Shown here: positions 16,882 through 20,000 of the stretch, piece by piece
How the letters are laid out: each line of letters opens with the position of its first letter
Position numbering within the stretch: the stretch's first letter is position 1
Sequence record: SRR31156797_4018
Reading direction: 5' to 3' (one strand)
Length of the DNA stretch: 20,000 nucleotides
Notes under the pieces: generated by a model
Told to the model about the DNA's origin: nothing
What the model saw: the letters and a program-made list of their open reading frames with translations, nothing else
Database searches by the model: none
Program-made: the position numbers and the translations under genes

Positions 16882-17277
16882 GGACTCTGCGGTAAATTTT
16901 TATTTTATCTATGAAATTTTTACGGGACTTACCCTTGTTTATTCTTTTTGCAATTTTAGCACTTCTCTTCATTCGCTTCAGAGTGCTTTTATCCTGGTAC
17001 TTCCTGTTAAATTTATCTATTTTCTTCTTGTTTTGGCGAAAAGCCTTATTCTCAGCACGCTGCTCTTTTCTTTCTTGTCGATTCTTTTTAAAAACCTCAA
17101 CTCTATACTTCAATCCTACACTACCACTTTTCCTTACTTTACCTTGATCAATGGAATATCTTACTTCTGAGGTTGAAGCGCAACTTACAAAAAAAAAATA
17201 CTAATTAACCATAGCTGTCGTTTAATTTGTAATAATAAAGTATTTTTGTGAAATTTCAAAATTATAAATTTAGACAT
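16742..17277 (-). pseudogene. Lys/Arg-rich putative lipoprotein, frameshifted at a T10 homopolymer (phase-OFF allele, pseudogene or sequencing error)
   Basis: The ATG at 17277 gives MSKFIILKFHKNTLLLQIKRQLWLISIFFL*. The frame of the 123-aa ORF stays open upstream to YFFFVSCASTSEVRY. T11 or T8 at 17189-17198 would fuse the two into ...KRQLWLISIFF(F)VSC, a lipobox-like signal. The start site is uncertain. Confidence 0.55.
17241..17264. promoter_or_regulatory. Overlapping divergent -7 promoter elements
   Basis: TATTTTTG at 17241-17248 on the plus strand and TAATTTTG at 17264-17257 on the minus strand; both match TAnnTTTG. Confidence 0.45.
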
Positions 17278-17286
17278 CCAATATAA

Positions 17287-17715
17287 ATGATAAATCGTTT
17301 AACTATATCAAAATTAATCATTTTTTTCATTTTTGTTTTCATTTTGGCGCAATGCAAAAAGCACGAAAACCCGGTGCCCATAGCGAACGTAAATATTACA
17401 ATTGACTTAAATGATGCCAATTATAATGATCTTTTACCAGGTAATTATAAGTATATAACGGGAGGAATAAACGGAATCGTACTTTATAGAAAAACTTTTA
17501 ATGAATTTTCTGCATTAGAACGTACTTGTCCTTATGAAGCCGAATATGGAACAAGAGTTAGTGTAAACCCTGATAATGAGTTGTTTCTGGTTTGCGACTC
17601 CTGTGAAAGCAGATTTTTTATCGAAGATGGAGCTCTTGTTGAAGGTCCTAGTGAATATCCATTAAGAACCTACAAAACAAGCTATGATGGTCGGTACTTA
17701 TATATCTACAATTAA
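17287..17715 (+). CDS. Rieske-like (ferredoxin-fold) domain lipoprotein
   Basis: Lipoprotein signal ...FIFVFILAQ|CKKHE; GGINGIVLYR, ERTCPY, CDSCESRF and GALVEGPSEYPLRTY follow the Rieske fold pattern. Confidence 0.75.
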   Translation: MINRLTISKLIIFFIFVFILAQCKKHENPVPIANVNITIDLNDANYNDLLPGNYKYITGGINGIVLYRKTFNEFSALERTCPYEAEYGTRVSVNPDNELFLVCDSCESRFFIEDGALVEGPSEYPLRTYKTSYDGRYLYIYN

Positions 17716-17784
17716 AACCTACATTTATATGGATTCTTAAAGACAGTGGCACAAAACTTATTCACAAATTATACAGAACTTCCT

Positions 17785-19383
17785 TTAATTAAGCTCTTCC
17801 ACAGCCTTATTTAATGTATGGTCTATCTTATGTATTATAGGGTAAAATCCTTCATCTCCGATTAAATTCCTTACAATTAAACCAACAATCTGGATTTCAA
17901 TCACCTTTTTTGATTTAAGCAGGTCATCACCAGTGGGTTTTACTCCTTTCTTTTTGGCAAAGTCCAGGAATTTGTCAAAAACCCGATTAGAAACTAATTG
18001 CTTATGTAAGTCTTTATAATCAGTAATTTCACTTAGCTCATTGCGATGTTTATCTGTATAATCATATGCAAAAGAATACATATAACCTTTTCGTCTTACA
18101 TTAAAGAGGAAATCACTACCTGTGGTAGTATCAACAGGTACAAAAATATCGGGCATTATACCCCCTCCTCCATATACAATTTTTCCTCCCGGTGTTTCAA
18201 ACTTTAGACTATCAGCAAAATCAATACTGTCTTGTTCAACAAATTCACCATTCAGGTATCTTTGTGTAATATCATCACGATAGGAATCTTCATCACCATT
18301 TTCATAAGGTTTTTGAATTGATCTTCCTGTAGGCGTATAATATCTTGCGACAGTTAGTCTTAATTCTGATCCATCTTTAAAATAAAACGGTTCCTGAACC
18401 AACCCTTTACCAAATGATCTACGTCCAATTATTATTCCCTGATCATTATCCTGAAGAGCTCCGGCAAAAATTTCACTTGCAGACGCTGACCACTCATCCA
18501 TTAATATTGCGACATCAATATTTTTAAGAAAATTTTGAGCTGAGGCTCTATATTCACGTTTGCGCCTGTTATTTCCTTCTGTATATACAATTAATTTACC
18601 TTGAGCAAGAAATTCATCTGCCATTCGAATTGCAGACTCCATAATACCACCACCATTTCCCCTCAAATCAACAACTAAATTTTTCATACCTAAGGCCTTT
18701 AGCTTATTAGAAGCCTGCATAAATTCACTGTATGTATTTCTTGAAAAAGTATGAACTTTTATATAACCAGTATTTTTGTTAATCATGTAAGAGATATCGA
18801 CGCTATACAAAGGGATCTTGTCGCGAATAATCTCAAAATCAAGCAATTCATCTATACCTCGCCTTTTGATACTTACTTTTACCTTTGTGCCTCTTTTTCC
18901 CTTTAGCTTGCGCATTACCTCTCTTGTAGATATATCAACACCTGCAATTATAGTATCATTAACTTTTACTATTCTGTCACCACCTAAAATACCAACTTTC
19001 TCAGATGGACCTCCAACAATTGGTTTGATAACCATTACGGTATCTTTTCTAATATTAAATTGCACTCCAATTCCATCAAATGCGCCTTGCATAGGTGCAT
19101 CAACTTCTTCTTGCAGTCTTGCCGGAATATATGAAGAATGAGGGTCAAGATTTTTTAGAATCTTTGGAATAGCTAATTCCTCTATTGAATCATATTTTAC
19201 AGCATCCACATAATCAATGGCTATTTTGCGCAGCAACTGATCAACTTTAGATATTTCTGATGATTTGCCTTGCACCACTTGACGTGTCTGAAAAAAGTAC
19301 TTGTGCACTAAAACTCCTAATAATATCGAAATTGCAACAATTGTTGGAAGTAAAATATGTTTTAAACTGTTCTTATATGGCAT
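17785..19383 (-). CDS. S41 family C-terminal processing peptidase (CtpA/Prc-like, with PDZ domain)
   Basis: LDPHSSY, FDGIGVQF (PDZ), DLRGNGGG, SASASEIFAGALQD (catalytic Ser), GRRSFGKGLVQ (catalytic Lys) and TVARYYTPTGRSIQ. Confidence 0.95.
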   Translation of the reverse strand: MPYKNSLKHILLPTIVAISILLGVLVHKYFFQTRQVVQGKSSEISKVDQLLRKIAIDYVDAVKYDSIEELAIPKILKNLDPHSSYIPARLQEEVDAPMQGAFDGIGVQFNIRKDTVMVIKPIVGGPSEKVGILGGDRIVKVNDTIIAGVDISTREVMRKLKGKRGTKVKVSIKRRGIDELLDFEIIRDKIPLYSVDISYMINKNTGYIKVHTFSRNTYSEFMQASNKLKALGMKNLVVDLRGNGGGIMESAIRMADEFLAQGKLIVYTEGNNRRKREYRASAQNFLKNIDVAILMDEWSASASEIFAGALQDNDQGIIIGRRSFGKGLVQEPFYFKDGSELRLTVARYYTPTGRSIQKPYENGDEDSYRDDITQRYLNGEFVEQDSIDFADSLKFETPGGKIVYGGGGIMPDIFVPVDTTTGSDFLFNVRRKGYMYSFAYDYTDKHRNELSEITDYKDLHKQLVSNRVFDKFLDFAKKKGVKPTGDDLLKSKKVIEIQIVGLIVRNLIGDEGFYPIIHKIDHTLNKAVEELN

Positions 19384-19389
19384 AATTCT

Positions 19390-19848
19390 TTATTTATCTC
19401 GATTATTAATTCTTGCTTCATCGTCGGGCAAATGAACTATTTCAACATTTGCTCGTCGCAATAATTCTAAACCTTCTTGTTTTGAATACAACTCGGCAAA
19501 GACTACACGTTTTATTCCTGATTGAATAATAAGCTTTGAACATTCTATACAGGGACTTGTAGTCACATATAACGTACCACCTTCGCTACTATTGCTGGTT
19601 TTTGCAACTTTTGTAATAGCATTTGCTTCAGCATGTAAAACGTATTGCTTAGTAATGTTGTTTTCATCTTCGCAAATATTTTCGAAACCTGCTGGTGTAC
19701 CATTGTAACCGTCGGAGATAATTTGTCGGTCTTTCACAATTAAAGCCCCAACCTGCTTTCTTTTACAATAGGAATTTTGGGCCCAAATGCGAGCCATTTT
19801 TAAATAGCTAGTATCAAATTTGAGTTGCTTTTCTTTTTTTTCTTCCAT
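19390..19848 (-). CDS. dCMP deaminase (ComEB-like deoxycytidylate deaminase)
   Basis: HAEANAI and PCIEC zinc motifs, plus SYCKRKQVGA and GYNGTPAG. The real start is the ATG at 19848 (MEEKKEK); the ORF-track extension to 19965 overlaps the tRNA and its terminator. Confidence 0.93.
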   Translation of the reverse strand: MEEKKEKQLKFDTSYLKMARIWAQNSYCKRKQVGALIVKDRQIISDGYNGTPAGFENICEDENNITKQYVLHAEANAITKVAKTSNSSEGGTLYVTTSPCIECSKLIIQSGIKRVVFAELYSKQEGLELLRRANVEIVHLPDDEARINNRDK

Positions 19849-19884
19849 TGGAATGCAATTACTGTGGCAAAGTTTTTCAAAAAG

Positions 19885-19892
19885 CAAAGATA
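19885..19892 (-). promoter_or_regulatory. -7 promoter element for dCMP deaminase-S41 protease
   Basis: TATCTTTG(C) on the minus strand, 36 nt upstream of the ATG at 19848 and directly after the tRNA terminator. Confidence 0.55.
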
Positions 19893-19893
19893 T

Positions 19894-19921
19894 AAAAAAA
19901 GGTCGTTGAAAATCAACGACC
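19894..19921 (-). terminator. Rho-independent terminator downstream of tRNA-Leu
   Basis: The minus strand reads GGTCGTTGA-TTT-TCAACGACC-TTTTTTT: a perfect 9-bp stem plus U7. Confidence 0.88.
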
Positions 19922-19925
19922 CTTG

Positions 19926-20000
19926 TACCCGGAGCCGGGATCGAACCGGCAAGGGCAAAGCCCACTGGTTTTTGAGACCAGCGCGTCTACCAATTCCGCC
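19926..20000 (-). tRNA. tRNA-Leu (anticodon CAA), 5' end truncated by the window edge
   Basis: The reverse complement is GGCGGAATTGGTAGACGCG-CTGGT-CTCAAAA-ACCAG-(long variable arm TGGGCTTTGCCCTT)-GCCGGTTCGATCCCGGC-TCCGGGT-A. CCA is not encoded. Confidence 0.96.

Noticed and set aside
16880-17170. Hydrophobic plus-strand ORFs 16880-17170 and 16911-17147
   Set aside because: The Phe/Leu richness mirrors the Lys/Arg (A-rich) codons of the minus-strand ORF, so they are unlikely to be real membrane proteins.
17201-17212. ATG GTT AAT TAG in frame with the basic ORF, suggesting amber read-through or recoding
   Set aside because: Read-through would give a signal peptide that is too short and lacks a basic n-region. 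TAG is used as a normal stop by greA and the HIT gene in this window. The homopolymer frameshift explains the locus better.
18818-19141. 107-aa plus-strand ORF
   Set aside because: Antisense to the S41 peptidase PDZ region.
19849-19965. 39-aa N-terminal extension of the dCMP deaminase in the ORF track
   Set aside because: It overlaps tRNA-Leu, its terminator and a -7 promoter box; the ATG at 19848 gives a normal-length enzyme.
19926-20000. tRNA-Leu as an integration site for a genomic island containing the TBDR cassette
   Set aside because: I saw no integrase, no duplicated tRNA 3' end and no obvious compositional shift; the genes downstream of the tRNA are housekeeping.
1-20000. CRISPR array, IS element or long tandem DNA repeats
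   Set aside because: No regularly spaced direct repeats, transposase-like ORFs or terminal inverted repeats were seen on manual reading; intergenic regions are all short (at most about 320 nt).

Overview
AT-rich chromosomal window from a Bacteroidota bacterium, probably Bacteroidales/Marinilabiliales-like. The evidence is TAnnTTTG -7 promoter boxes, T9SS-type proteins and signal peptides cleaved before Gln. Housekeeping genes flank the window: 5' part of topA (missed by the ORF track), PBP1A, gltX, HIT, greA, S41 protease, dCMP deaminase and a partial tRNA-Leu(CAA). The centre is a tightly packed ~9 kb minus-strand three-gene cassette. It encodes a non-SusC TonB-dependent receptor, a ~1400-aa secreted protein with a T9SS/FlgD-like C-terminal domain, and a PorV/PorQ-family beta-barrel, and it ends at an intrinsic terminator. 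There is no SusD, so this is the best candidate for a poorly described outer-membrane system. Upstream is a basic lipoprotein-like gene whose signal-peptide region is out of frame at a T10 tract (phase variation or sequence error). Also present are a Rieske-like lipoprotein lacking both His ligands and a second terminator-like hairpin in the greA leader. No mobile element or CRISPR array was seen.
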